Shown in pieces: positions 11,746 through 21,544 of a DNA stretch of 47,440 nt; position 1 is the first letter of the stretch; every line of letters starts with the position of its first letter. A model generated the notes under the pieces. It saw only the letters and a program-made list of their open reading frames with translations. It was not told where the DNA came from and ran no database searches. The stretch spans positions 1 through 47,440 of the forward strand of contig JAQTYE010000001.1 in assembly GCA_028749255.1 (NCBI GenBank), written 5' to 3'. The translations under genes and the position numbers were made by a program. The DNA is from Paracoccaceae bacterium (GTDB taxonomy: Bacteria; Pseudomonadota; Alphaproteobacteria; Rhodobacterales; Rhodobacteraceae).

Positions 11746-12277
11746 TCCGCTGACCACCCGCCGGATCGCGCATCGCGCGCTGTTCGTGGCGCTGGCGGCG
11801 GCGATCTTGTTCCTGCGGCTCTTGCCGGTGAACCCGATATCGCATGGCGTTCCCGGCCCCGATCTGACGCTGGCGCTGACCTTGGCCTGGGTACTGCGGC
11901 GGCCCGACTATGTGCCCGCGCTACTGATCGTCATGGTGTTCTTTCTGGAAGACCTGATGTTCTGGCGCGCACCGGGGCTGTGGACGCTGATCGTTCTGGC
12001 GGGCACCGAATTTCTGCGCGCCCGCGAGGTGTCCTTGCGCGATATGCCGTTTGTGCTGGAACTGGCGCTGGTCGGTGGATTGATGGTGGCGATGGCCTTG
12101 GGCAACCGGATGGTGCTGGCGCTGGTGATGGTCGATCAACCCCCGCTGGGGTTGGAACTGCTGCGCTTGCTGATGACGCTGGCGGCCTATCCGTTCGTGG
12201 TGGCGCTGTCGAAACTGGCCTTCGGGTTGCGGCGCGCGGCGCCCGGCGAAGTGGATGCCTTCGGGCATCGGTTGTGA
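11738..12277 (+). CDS. mreD: Rod shape-determining protein MreD
   Basis: Hydrophobic, PGPDL...AWVLRRP; lies between mreC and mrdA. Confidence 0.9.
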   Translation: MVDPLTTRRIAHRALFVALAAAILFLRLLPVNPISHGVPGPDLTLALTLAWVLRRPDYVPALLIVMVFFLEDLMFWRAPGLWTLIVLAGTEFLRAREVSLRDMPFVLELALVGGLMVAMALGNRMVLALVMVDQPPLGLELLRLLMTLAAYPFVVALSKLAFGLRRAAPGEVDAFGHRL

Positions 12278-12285
12278 GAGGTGCG

Positions 12286-14205
12286 ATGAGACGCTCGCAG
12301 AAACAGGCGCAGGAAAGCCGTTCGTTGTTGACCCGTCGCGGGTTGATGCTTGGCGGGGCGCAGGCGGCCATTGTCGCGGTGCTGGGCCTGCGGATGCGCA
12401 AGATGCAGCTGGAGCAGGCCGACGAATATCGCATGCTGGCCGAGGGCAACTCGGTCAAGATCCGGTTGATCCCGCCGGCGCGCGGGCTGATCTATGACCG
12501 CAACGGCGTGCTGCTGGCGGGCAACGAACAGAATTACCGCGTCACCATCACCCGCGAGGATGCGGGCGATGTGCCCAAGGTGCTGAGCGACCTGCGCCGC
12601 CTGATCCCGCTGAGCGACGCAGACGCCGAAGACCTGCTGACCGACATCAAGCGGCGCTCCCCCTCGACCCCGGTCACGGTGGCCGACCGGCTGAGCTGGG
12701 AAGAGTTTTCACGCGTGGCGGTCAACGCCCCGGCCCTGCCCGGCGTCACCCCCGAGGTTGGCCTGTCGCGCGCCTACCCCCGCGGCCCCGATTTCGCGCA
12801 TATTCTGGGCTATGTAGGGCCTGTCTCGGATTACGACCTGAGCCAGATCGCCAACCCTGACCCGCTGTTGCGGATCCCGAAATTCCAGTTGGGCAAGCTG
12901 GGCGTCGAAGCCAAGATGGAGGACGACCTGCGCGGGCGTGCCGGGCAACGCCGCGTCGAGGTGAACAGCGCCGGGCGCGAGATGCGCGAACTCGGGCGTC
13001 AGGAAGGCGAGCCGGGCAGCAACCTGCAACTGACCATCGACTACCGTCTGCAGAATTACGCACTGGCGCGGCTGGGCGATGAATCCGCGGCGGCGGTGGT
13101 GCTGGATGTCCAGACCGGCGACATCATGGCGATCAGCTCGGCCCCGTCTTTTGATCCGAACCTGTTCGTGCGCGGGATATCCAGCGCCAATTACAAGATG
13201 CTGACGGACGACGACCACCGCCCGCTTGCCGATAAATCGGTGCAGGGCCTGTATCCGCCCGGCTCGACCTTCAAGATGGTGACGGCGCTGGCCGCACTGG
13301 AGGCCGGGGTGATCCACCCCGACGAAACCGTTTATTGCCCCGGCCATATCGAGATGGGCGGGCGGCGGTTCCACTGCTGGAAACGCTCGGGGCATGGCCG
13401 GGTCAACGTGATCCAGAGCCTCGAACAAAGCTGCGACGTCTTCTATTACGAAGTCGCGCAGAAGGTCGGCATCGACAAGATCGCCGAAATGGCGCATCGG
13501 CTGGGTGTGGGCGTGCGCCATGATTTGCCGATGTCGGCGGTGGCCGAAGGCGTGGCCCCCACCAAGGCGTGGAAGCAGGAACGCTATGGCAAGGACTGGC
13601 GGATCGGCGACACGATCAACGCCTCGATCGGTCAGGGCTATGTGCTGGCCTCGCCGCTGCATCTGGCGGTGATGGCCGCACGGATCGCCAGCGGGCGCGC
13701 CGTGGTGCCGCGGCTGATCCGGTCGCGCGACGGGGTCGAAACGCCAATCGCCGAAGCGCCGCCGCTGGATATTTCCACCGCGATGCTGGATCAGGTGCGG
13801 CGCGGCATGAACGCGGTGATGAACGGCAGCCACGGCACCGCGCGCGGATCGCGGACTGTCGCCGCCGAATGGAAGATGGCGGGCAAGACCGGCACCTCGC
13901 AGGTGCGCTCGGCCGTGGTGAACAACAAGAACGTCCCGTGGGAACAACGCGACCACGCGCTGTTTGTGGCCTATGCGCCGTATGACAACCCGCGCTATGC
14001 CGTCAGCCTGATCATCGAACATGGCGGCGGCGGCTCGGCGGCGGCAGGCCCCGTTGCGCGCGACATCTTGCTGTTTGCGCTGGCCGACGGGCTGCCGCCC
14101 CTATCGGCCTATCCCGAGAACCAGCGCAGCACGATCCGCACCCGGCAGGAAGAAATGGATCTGGTAGACCCGGCCAGTGTCGGCACCGCGAAAAGCCGGG
14201 CCTGA
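12286..14205 (+). CDS. mrdA: Penicillin-binding protein 2
   Basis: RGLIYDRNG, PGSTFK (SxxK), SCD (SxN-like), AGKTGTSQ (KTG); start ATG 12286 with GAGAGG RBS. Confidence 0.96.
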   Translation: MRRSQKQAQESRSLLTRRGLMLGGAQAAIVAVLGLRMRKMQLEQADEYRMLAEGNSVKIRLIPPARGLIYDRNGVLLAGNEQNYRVTITREDAGDVPKVLSDLRRLIPLSDADAEDLLTDIKRRSPSTPVTVADRLSWEEFSRVAVNAPALPGVTPEVGLSRAYPRGPDFAHILGYVGPVSDYDLSQIANPDPLLRIPKFQLGKLGVEAKMEDDLRGRAGQRRVEVNSAGREMRELGRQEGEPGSNLQLTIDYRLQNYALARLGDESAAAVVLDVQTGDIMAISSAPSFDPNLFVRGISSANYKMLTDDDHRPLADKSVQGLYPPGSTFKMVTALAALEAGVIHPDETVYCPGHIEMGGRRFHCWKRSGHGRVNVIQSLEQSCDVFYYEVAQKVGIDKIAEMAHRLGVGVRHDLPMSAVAEGVAPTKAWKQERYGKDWRIGDTINASIGQGYVLASPLHLAVMAARIASGRAVVPRLIRSRDGVETPIAEAPPLDISTAMLDQVRRGMNAVMNGSHGTARGSRTVAAEWKMAGKTGTSQVRSAVVNNKNVPWEQRDHALFVAYAPYDNPRYAVSLIIEHGGGGSAAAGPVARDILLFALADGLPPLSAYPENQRSTIRTRQEEMDLVDPASVGTAKSRA

Positions 14206-14214
14206 GGGGGACGC

Positions 14215-15354
14215 ATGAGCTATCTGGAAAGCAACCTGAAGACCGTGCCGACCGGGATGCGCAAGGTTCTGTATCTGAACTGGCCGCTGATCGTCTTGCT
14301 GACAGCCGTCGCCTGCGCGGGCTTTCTGATGCTGTATTCCGTGGCGGGCGGGCATCTGGACACATGGGCCGCGCCACAGATGAAGCGCTTTGCCGCAGGC
14401 ATCATCGCGATGCTGATGATTGGCTTCACCCCGATCTGGTTTTGGCGCAACGTCTCGGCGCTGGCCTATATTTTCGCGCTGCTGCTGCTGGTCGCGGTGG
14501 ATCTGTTCGGCGCCATCGGCATGGGAGCGCAGCGCTGGCTCGAACTCGGACCGATCCGGGTGCAGCCGTCCGAATTGATGAAGGTGGCGCTGGTGATGTT
14601 TCTGGCCGCCTATTACGACTGGCTTGATGTCAGCAAGGTCTCGCGCCCGCTTTGGGTGCTGGTCCCGGTGGCGATCATTCTGCTGCCCACATTCCTGGTG
14701 CTGGCGCAACCCGATCTTGGCACGGCAGTGATGCTGGTGCTGGGCGGCGGGTTGGTGATGTTCGCAGCGGGGGTCAGCCTTTGGTATTTCGGCACGGTGA
14801 TCGCGCTTGTGGTGGCGCTGGTGTTCGGCGTTCTGGAAAGCCGCGGCACCGATTGGCAGCTGTTGCATGACTATCAATATGCGCGGGTCGATACGTTTCT
14901 TGACCCCGGCGCCGACCCGCTGGGCGCGGGCTACAACATCACCCAGGCGCAAATCGCACTGGGATCGGGCGGCTGGTCGGGACGCGGCTTCATGCAGGGC
15001 ACACAAAGCAGGCTGAACTTCCTGCCTGAAAAACACACCGACTTCATCTTCACCACCCTGGCCGAGGAATTCGGCTTCGTCGGGGCGTTCTCGCTGCTGA
15101 TGCTGTATGCGGGGATCATTTTCGTCTCGGTGCAAAGCGCGCTCAGCAACAAGGACCGTTTCTCCAGCTTGCTGACCCTGGGCGTGGCCGGAACGTTCTT
15201 TTTCTTCTTCGCGATCAATATGGCGATGGTGATGGGGCTGATGCCGGTGGTGGGGGTGCCATTGCCGCTTGTATCTTACGGCGGCACGGCGATGATGATC
15301 CTGCTGGCCGCCTTCGGGTTGGTGCAAAGCGCCCATATCCACCGCCCGAGGTAA
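14215..15354 (+). CDS. rodA: Elongasome SEDS protein RodA
   Basis: GAQRW, QPSELMK, QPDLGT, LPEKHTDFIF, GVPLPLVSYGGT; follows mrdA. Confidence 0.97.
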   Translation: MSYLESNLKTVPTGMRKVLYLNWPLIVLLTAVACAGFLMLYSVAGGHLDTWAAPQMKRFAAGIIAMLMIGFTPIWFWRNVSALAYIFALLLLVAVDLFGAIGMGAQRWLELGPIRVQPSELMKVALVMFLAAYYDWLDVSKVSRPLWVLVPVAIILLPTFLVLAQPDLGTAVMLVLGGGLVMFAAGVSLWYFGTVIALVVALVFGVLESRGTDWQLLHDYQYARVDTFLDPGADPLGAGYNITQAQIALGSGGWSGRGFMQGTQSRLNFLPEKHTDFIFTTLAEEFGFVGAFSLLMLYAGIIFVSVQSALSNKDRFSSLLTLGVAGTFFFFFAINMAMVMGLMPVVGVPLPLVSYGGTAMMILLAAFGLVQSAHIHRPR

Positions 15355-15355
15355 G

Positions 15356-16294
15356 ATGATGCTGACGATCCTGTATGATGGCGCGCCCAAGATGTGGCCC
15401 GCCTACCAGCCCGCCCTGACCACCGCCCTGGCCGATGCCGGGATCGCCGCGCATCTGGTGCTGCCGGACGAAGTGGCCCCCGAGGCGGTGGATTACATCG
15501 TCTACGCCCCCACCGGCCCGGTGCAGGATTTCACCCCCTTCACCCGCGCCCGCGCCGTGCTCAGCCTTTGGGCGGGGGTCGAGCGCGTCGTGGGTAACCC
15601 GACCCTGACGCAACCGCTGTGCCGGATGGTCGATGACGGGCTGGAACGCGGCATGATCGAATGGGTGACCGGCCATGTGCTGCGCGCCCATCTGGGGATG
15701 GACCGTCATATCATCAACCCCGACCGGATCTGGGATCAGACAGCTCCACCGCTGGCACGCGAACGGGGCGTGACGGTGCTGGGCCTCGGCGCGCTTGGCG
15801 CGGCCTGCGCCAGCACCCTGGCAAGCCTTGGCTTTCCAGTCACCGGATGGAGCCGCACACCAAAATCCCTGCCCGGCATCCTCTGTGAAAGCGGCCCCGA
15901 AGGGTTGCATCGGGCCCTGAGCCGTGCCGAAATTCTGGTCACCATCCTGCCCAATACGCCCGAAACCACAAATCTGCTGAATGCCGACACGCTGGCCCTG
16001 CTGCCACGCGGCGCCACGATCCTGAACCCCGGGCGCGGCACGCTGATCGACGATGTGGCCCTGCTGGCAACGCTTGACAGCGGGCAGGTCGGGCAGGCCA
16101 CGCTGGATGTCTTCCGCGTTGAACCGCTGCCCGCCGATCACCCCTATTGGGCACATCCCAAGGTCACCGTCACCCCGCATATCGCTGCGGAAACCCGGCC
16201 CAGCTCGGCCGCGCGGGTGATCGTTGAAAACATCCGCCGCGATCAGGCGGGCGAACCGCTGTTGCATCTGGTGGACCGTTCCCGCGGATATTGA
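15356..16294 (+). CDS. ghrA: 2-hydroxyacid dehydrogenase (glyoxylate/hydroxypyruvate reductase A-like)
   Basis: GLGALG Rossmann motif, GWSRTPK, NPGRG, LDVF..EPLP..HPYW, TPHIAA. Confidence 0.85.
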   Translation: MMLTILYDGAPKMWPAYQPALTTALADAGIAAHLVLPDEVAPEAVDYIVYAPTGPVQDFTPFTRARAVLSLWAGVERVVGNPTLTQPLCRMVDDGLERGMIEWVTGHVLRAHLGMDRHIINPDRIWDQTAPPLARERGVTVLGLGALGAACASTLASLGFPVTGWSRTPKSLPGILCESGPEGLHRALSRAEILVTILPNTPETTNLLNADTLALLPRGATILNPGRGTLIDDVALLATLDSGQVGQATLDVFRVEPLPADHPYWAHPKVTVTPHIAAETRPSSAARVIVENIRRDQAGEPLLHLVDRSRGY

Positions 16295-16411
16295 GCGCGC
16301 AGGGGGCGCTGCCCCCCGGCTTCGCCTCCCCCCGGAGTATTTGCGCCAAGAAGAAATAGCCTTTTCACCTTGGCCAAAATATCTCGGGGGTCCGGGGGCT
16401 GGCCCCCGGCC
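16295..16411. repeat. Pair of inverted palindromic (REP-like) intergenic elements between convergent ghrA and hisG
   Basis: GGGGGC-gct-GCCCCC hairpin, then GAGTATTTGCGCCAAGAAGAA (16335-16355), then the inverted copy TTCACCTTGGCCAAAATATC (16364-16383) and a GGGGGC-tg-GCCCCC hairpin. Confidence 0.7.
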
Positions 16412-17113
16412 TCAGAAGTCCGCGGGAACGCCCAACTGCTTTGCAAAAGCCGCAAATGTGCCGCGCTCTCCCGTCCAATCAGCATGACGCGCGGCAAACA
16501 GCGTCGCCTGTGACTGGTGGATCAGCCCGTCGGACAGGATTTTCAGGTGGTTGGCGCGCAGCGTTTCGCCCGAGGAGGTGATGTCAGCAATCGCCTCTGC
16601 GGTCAGGTTTTTCACCGTGCCCTCGGTCGCGCCCTGGCTATCGACCAGCTGATAATCGGCCACGCCCTCGCGGGTCAGGAACTCGCGCACCAGACGGTGA
16701 TATTTGGTCGCGATCCGCAGCCGGTGACCATGCGCCGCGCGAAAGGCATGCGCCGCCGCGTCCAGATCTTCGAGCGTATCGACATCGGACCAGCAGGCGG
16801 GCACGGCGATGATCAGATCCGCATGGCCAAACCCCATCAACGCCAGTTCCGCCACCTGGCCCTGCCAGTCGGCCAGCTTGTCGCGCACCAGATCCGAGCC
16901 GGTGACCCCCAGATGGATCCGCCCGGCGGCCAGTTCGCGCGGGATCTCGCCCGCCGAGAGCAACACCAGTTCAACCCCGGCCGCGCCCTCGACCGCGCCC
17001 GCATATTCGCGCTCTGATCCGGTGCGACGCAGGCTGACGCCGCGCGACGCGAACCAGTCGAAGGTCAGCTCCATCAACCGCCCCTTGGACGGCACCCCGA
17101 GTTTGATGCTCAT
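16412..17113 (-). CDS. hisG: ATP phosphoribosyltransferase, short form
   Basis: PSKGRL, LGVTGSD, IATKY, GATE, IADITSSGETLRANHL; 233 aa without the C-terminal regulatory domain. Confidence 0.97.
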   Translation of the reverse strand: MSIKLGVPSKGRLMELTFDWFASRGVSLRRTGSEREYAGAVEGAAGVELVLLSAGEIPRELAAGRIHLGVTGSDLVRDKLADWQGQVAELALMGFGHADLIIAVPACWSDVDTLEDLDAAAHAFRAAHGHRLRIATKYHRLVREFLTREGVADYQLVDSQGATEGTVKNLTAEAIADITSSGETLRANHLKILSDGLIHQSQATLFAARHADWTGERGTFAAFAKQLGVPADF

Positions 17114-18180
17114 TGCGCGCCCTCCAGATCGGCCAGCAGACCGGGACGGATCACGCCGCCCACCGCTGGGATTTCGCGCCCACCGCCCAGCACCCGGGTC
17201 AGCGCGTCATAACGCCCGCCCGAGGCCACCGGCGGCAGCGCCGGGTCGGCGGCGGTGAAGGCAAAAACGAAACCGTCGTAATATTCCATCGTGGTGCGGC
17301 CGTGGCTGGCGTCAAAGCGTAGCGCGGCCAGATCAATGCCGCGCGCCGCCAGCGCCGCCAGACGGCGTTCAAGCCGGGCCACCGCCGGGTCGAGCGCGGG
17401 CAGTCCCAACGCGCGCAGCGCCTCGGGCGCCTCGGGTGCTGCGCAGCGCAGCGCAAACAGCGCATCAAGCCGGGCCACATCGGTCGCCGGGATCGGCTCT
17501 GCCGCCGCATCCAGCCGCAGCCGGGCGATCCGCGCCTCCATCTCGGCGGGGTCGCGCAGCCCGATCCAAGGCGCCGCATCGCGCGCGCCGTCCAGCAGCG
17601 CGCGGCGGCTTTCGGGCACAGCCACCATGCCGGCATAGCGTTCCAGTAGCTTGTGGAACCGCTGCGGGCGCCAGATGTGCCGCATCAAGGCCACCTTGCG
17701 CGCGGGGATCGTATCAAGCCCGGCCACCGCAGCCTGCAAGATCCCGATGTCCCCGATCGTCGCGGTCAGACCCAGCCCCCCCAACGCGTCGTGGATCAGC
17801 GCGAAAACCTCGGCATCGGCGGCTTCGGGGTCGGTGCGATCAAACACCTCATAGCCCGCCTGCATATATTCGGCGACACGCGCCGCGCCACTGTGGTCTT
17901 GTTTGCGGAACACCTCGCCCAGATAGCAATAGCGCGCGGGCTCGGCGCCATTGGCCATATGTTCCTGCACCACCGGCACCGTGAAATCCGGGCGCAGCAT
18001 CAGTTCGCCACGGATCGGGTCGGCGGTGACATAGGCGCGTGCGCGAATATCCTCGCCATACAGATCCAGCAGCGCCTCGGCGGGTTGCAGGATATCGGGC
18101 GCAATCTCGACCGCGCCGGACGCCGCAAATACCGCCAAAATCCGCGCGCCTGTGCTGCGGGCCTGCGCCTTGCCAGCCAT
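17110..18180 (-). CDS. hisZ: ATP phosphoribosyltransferase regulatory subunit
   Basis: LRPDFTVPV, YCYLGEVFR, EYYDGFVF, SGGRYD, PAVG; lies between hisS and short hisG. Confidence 0.95.
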   Translation of the reverse strand: MAGKAQARSTGARILAVFAASGAVEIAPDILQPAEALLDLYGEDIRARAYVTADPIRGELMLRPDFTVPVVQEHMANGAEPARYCYLGEVFRKQDHSGAARVAEYMQAGYEVFDRTDPEAADAEVFALIHDALGGLGLTATIGDIGILQAAVAGLDTIPARKVALMRHIWRPQRFHKLLERYAGMVAVPESRRALLDGARDAAPWIGLRDPAEMEARIARLRLDAAAEPIPATDVARLDALFALRCAAPEAPEALRALGLPALDPAVARLERRLAALAARGIDLAALRFDASHGRTTMEYYDGFVFAFTAADPALPPVASGGRYDALTRVLGGGREIPAVGGVIRPGLLADLEGAQ

Positions 18181-19679
18181 CAGCGGGCCTCGTTCCGTGC
18201 AAGGATCTGTTTCACTTTCTCAACCATTTCATCCAAGGACACCTCGAATTGCGCCGGTTGGGATTTCCATTCTTCAACCGTTGCCTCGGCCGCGATCTGC
18301 GCGCCCAGCACCAGATCCTTGATCTGCACGACGCCGCGCTGCGCCTCGTCCGTGCCCTGGATCACCGCCACCGGGCTTTCGCGCTTGTCGGCATATTTCA
18401 ACTGATTGCCGAAGTTTTTCGGGTTGCCCAGATAAACCTCGGCGCGGATGCCCGCGCGGCGCAGCGTGGCCGCCATTGCCAGATAATCGCCTATCCGGTC
18501 GCGGTCCATCACCGTCACCACCACCGGGCCCTGCGCGGTGCCGCCCAGCCGCCCCTTGGCACGCAGCGCGGCCAGCAGCCGGTCAACCCCGATCGACACG
18601 CCCGTTGCGGGCACCGTCTGCCCGGTGAAACGCTTGACCAGATCGTCATAGCGCCCGCCGCCCGCGACCGAGCCAAAGCTGCGTTTGCGGCCCTTTTCGT
18701 CGAGGATCTCGAAGGTCAGTTCGGCCTCAAAGACCGGGCCGGTGTAATAGCCAAGGCCGCGCACGACCGAGGGGTCGATCACGATGCGGTCGGGGCCATA
18801 GCCCTGCCCGTCCAGAAGCCGGGCGATCAGCTCCAGCTCATCGACGCCCTCCTGCCCCAGCGCCGATCCGGCGACCAGCTCGCGCAGCCGTGCGACGGTT
18901 TCCGCGCCGGTGTCGCGCTTGGCGAACATGAAGCCCATGACCACATCGGCCTGCGCCTCGCTCAGCCCCGCGCCCTTGGTGAAATCACCCGACTCGTCCA
19001 TCCGGCCCGGCCCCATCAACGCGCGCACGCCCGCCTCGCCGAACTTGTCGAACTTGTCGATAGCGCGCAGCACGGTGCCGCGCTCCTCCTCGAATTTCGC
19101 GGGGTCCGACGGGTCCAGAACGCCCGCAACCTCCATCACGCCGTTCAGCACCTTGCGGTTGTTCACGCGCACGATGTAATCGCCGCGCGGGATGCCCACG
19201 GCCTCCAGCGTGTCGGCCAACATGCCGCAGATTTCGGCATCCGCCGCCACCGAAGGCGCCCCGACCGTATCCGCATCACATTGATAAAACTGCCGAAACC
19301 GCCCCGGTCCCGGCTTTTCATTGCGCCAGACCGGGCCCATCGTATAGCGCCGATAGGGGCTGGGCAGATCGTTGCGGAACTGGGCGGCCACGCGGGCCAG
19401 CGGCGCCGTCATGTCATAGCGCAGCGCCAGCCAGTCGCCGCCCTCGTCCTGCCAAGCGAAAACGCCCTCATTCGGGCGGTCCACATCGGGCAAGAACTTG
19501 CCCAGGGCCTCGACCGTTTCAACCGCGCTGGTTTCCAGCGGATCGAAGCCATGCGCGCGGTAAACCTCGGCGATGGTCGCCAACATCGCGTTGCGCTCGG
19601 TCACCTCGGCGCCGAAGTAATCGCGAAACCCTTTCGGGGCTTCGGCGCGGGGGCGGCGGGGGGCTTTATCCTTGGCCAT
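18180..19679 (-). CDS. hisS: Histidine--tRNA ligase
   Basis: [49 protein letters not shown]. Confidence 0.98.
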   Translation of the reverse strand: MAKDKAPRRPRAEAPKGFRDYFGAEVTERNAMLATIAEVYRAHGFDPLETSAVETVEALGKFLPDVDRPNEGVFAWQDEGGDWLALRYDMTAPLARVAAQFRNDLPSPYRRYTMGPVWRNEKPGPGRFRQFYQCDADTVGAPSVAADAEICGMLADTLEAVGIPRGDYIVRVNNRKVLNGVMEVAGVLDPSDPAKFEEERGTVLRAIDKFDKFGEAGVRALMGPGRMDESGDFTKGAGLSEAQADVVMGFMFAKRDTGAETVARLRELVAGSALGQEGVDELELIARLLDGQGYGPDRIVIDPSVVRGLGYYTGPVFEAELTFEILDEKGRKRSFGSVAGGGRYDDLVKRFTGQTVPATGVSIGVDRLLAALRAKGRLGGTAQGPVVVTVMDRDRIGDYLAMAATLRRAGIRAEVYLGNPKNFGNQLKYADKRESPVAVIQGTDEAQRGVVQIKDLVLGAQIAAEATVEEWKSQPAQFEVSLDEMVEKVKQILARNEAR

Positions 19680-19768
19680 GGTCTTCTCCGGCTTGCACCT
19701 GAACGTGTCTCGCGCGAGGGTGTAGCGGAAGGGGTGCCGCGCGGCAAGCCAAGGCTGAGGGAGCCGAA

Positions 19769-19975
19769 ATGCAGGATCGACTGGAAAAATCCGAAGAACA
19801 AATCGCCTATCTGACCAAGGCGGTCGAGGACTTGTCCGAAGTGGTGGCCCGACAGGCGCGCGAAATCACCCGGTTGGAGCGACGTCTGGGCCTGTTGGTC
19901 GAACGCGAGGCCGAGCGGGAATATGACACGGGCGGGCAAATTCCGCTGGCTGATCAGAAACCACCGCATTGGTAA
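19769..19975 (+). CDS. slyX: SlyX family protein
   Basis: 68 aa coiled coil ([16 protein letters not shown]) ending in KPPHW. Confidence 0.9.
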   Translation: MQDRLEKSEEQIAYLTKAVEDLSEVVARQAREITRLERRLGLLVEREAEREYDTGGQIPLADQKPPHW

Positions 19976-20433
19976 GGCGTCGGGCGGTATGGATCGTCGC
20001 GGCCCTGTTTGTCGCGCTGCAGGCCAGTTTTTTTCTGGCCGTGATGCTGTGGCCCGCAACCGATGACCTGCCCGCGGCGGTGCGTCGCTTGCAGATTTGG
20101 CTCGGGCTGCATGTCGCAGGTGGGCAGCTGTTTGTCGGCGCGCCACTGTTGGTGTGGTTGGCATGGCGCGCCCCGGTCTGGCAAGTGCGCCTGTTGATCG
20201 GTCTCAGTTTTGCATTGCTGGCGGCGTTGCTGTTCACCACCGCACTCGAGATGCAGCTGGTGCTGGTGCTCAGTGGCAAACAGGGGCAGCCCTCGCATTC
20301 GGCGTTACAGTTTCTGACCCTGCTGCGACTGGCCGATTTTGCGCTGGCACTGGGGATGGCGCTGATGCTGCGGCTGGCCTGGCGCGCCGAACATCTGCGC
20401 GCCGATCCCCTTGCCCCGGCTTCGCTGGGGTGA
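19969..20433 (+). CDS. Hypothetical membrane protein (about 4 TM)
   Basis: Fills the slyX-abrB gap on the same strand; Leu/Ala-rich hydrophobic segments; TTG start overlaps the slyX end and is uncertain. Confidence 0.6.
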   Translation: MVRRRAVWIVAALFVALQASFFLAVMLWPATDDLPAAVRRLQIWLGLHVAGGQLFVGAPLLVWLAWRAPVWQVRLLIGLSFALLAALLFTTALEMQLVLVLSGKQGQPSHSALQFLTLLRLADFALALGMALMLRLAWRAEHLRADPLAPASLG

Positions 20434-20466
20434 CAGGGTGTCGCAGCAGAACCCAAACAGCAGACC

Positions 20467-21531
20467 ATGCGCTTCATCCCTGACAGTCTTCATTTCCCGA
20501 CGCTCGGTCTGACGCTGGCGCTTGGCCTTGGCGGTGGGCTGCTCGGGCGCGCAGTGCATCTGCCGTTGCCAATGCTGCTGGGGCCACTGCTGGCGGTCGC
20601 GGCGGTGGCGCTGGCAGGCTGGCGTCCCTTGGGGCATCCGGTGCAGTTCCCGATGAAAATCCGCATGGCCTTCATCCCGATCATCGGCGTGTCGATTGGC
20701 GCCACCTTCACCCCCGCTATCGCCGAAGAGGCCCGGCAATGGTGGCCTTCGCTGTTGGTTCTGGCCCTGTTCATCCCGGCGGCGCATCTGCTGAGCTTCA
20801 GCGCGGTGCGCAAGACCGGGCTGATTGACCCGGTCACCGCGTTTTTCGGCACCGCCCCCGGCGGGTTGATCGAAACCGTGCAAATGGGCGAAGAACGCGG
20901 CGCCGATGTCGCGATGCTGACCATGCTGCAATTTCTGCGGCTGATCGTGACGATCATCGCGGTGCCGGTATTTTTCACCGTGATTACCGGCCATGCCGTG
21001 GGCTCGGCCGGGGGCGCCACGCTGACCAAAGCGGCGATGCAAGCCGCCGATTGGCCCTGGCTGATCGGCGCCGGGGTGCTGGGCGCGGTGATCGGCTGGC
21101 GGCTGCGGCTGCCTGCGGGGATGGTCACCGGGCCGATCCTGCTGTCCGGCGCGGTGCATCTGGCGGGGTTGGCCACCGGCAGCCCGCCACGCTTTCTGGT
21201 CGATATGACGCAACTGGTGATCGGCACCTCGCTGGGGGTGCGGTTTGCGGGGATGGCGCTTGGGCGGTTCTGGCTGGCGCTGCGGCTGGCGGCGTTGTCC
21301 ACCACGCTGACCATCGCCTTCGCCGCCGCCTGTGCCTTTGCGCTGGCCGATTTCGTGCATGAACCCCCGGCAGCGGTGTTTCTGGCCTTTGCACCGGGCG
21401 GCCTGACCGAAATGGCGCTGATCGCACTGTCACTGCAGATGAGCATCGTCTACGTCACCGCCCATCACGCGCTGCGTATCATTCTGGCGGTGATGGTGGC
21501 GCGCGGCTTCGCCAGCCGGATGACACGCTAG
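20467..21531 (+). CDS. AbrB-family duplicated membrane protein
   Basis: Two repeats of the LP..++GP, IG+S+G..F, APGGL.E, (Q/H).LR pattern. Confidence 0.9.
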   Translation: MRFIPDSLHFPTLGLTLALGLGGGLLGRAVHLPLPMLLGPLLAVAAVALAGWRPLGHPVQFPMKIRMAFIPIIGVSIGATFTPAIAEEARQWWPSLLVLALFIPAAHLLSFSAVRKTGLIDPVTAFFGTAPGGLIETVQMGEERGADVAMLTMLQFLRLIVTIIAVPVFFTVITGHAVGSAGGATLTKAAMQAADWPWLIGAGVLGAVIGWRLRLPAGMVTGPILLSGAVHLAGLATGSPPRFLVDMTQLVIGTSLGVRFAGMALGRFWLALRLAALSTTLTIAFAAACAFALADFVHEPPAAVFLAFAPGGLTEMALIALSLQMSIVYVTAHHALRIILAVMVARGFASRMTR

Positions 21532-21544
21532 AAGGCCCTGCCGC

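Noticed and set aside
16295-16411. Repeat pair considered as a CRISPR array or IS ends
   Set aside because: The copies are inverted, there are no regular spacers, and no cas or transposase gene or target duplication is visible
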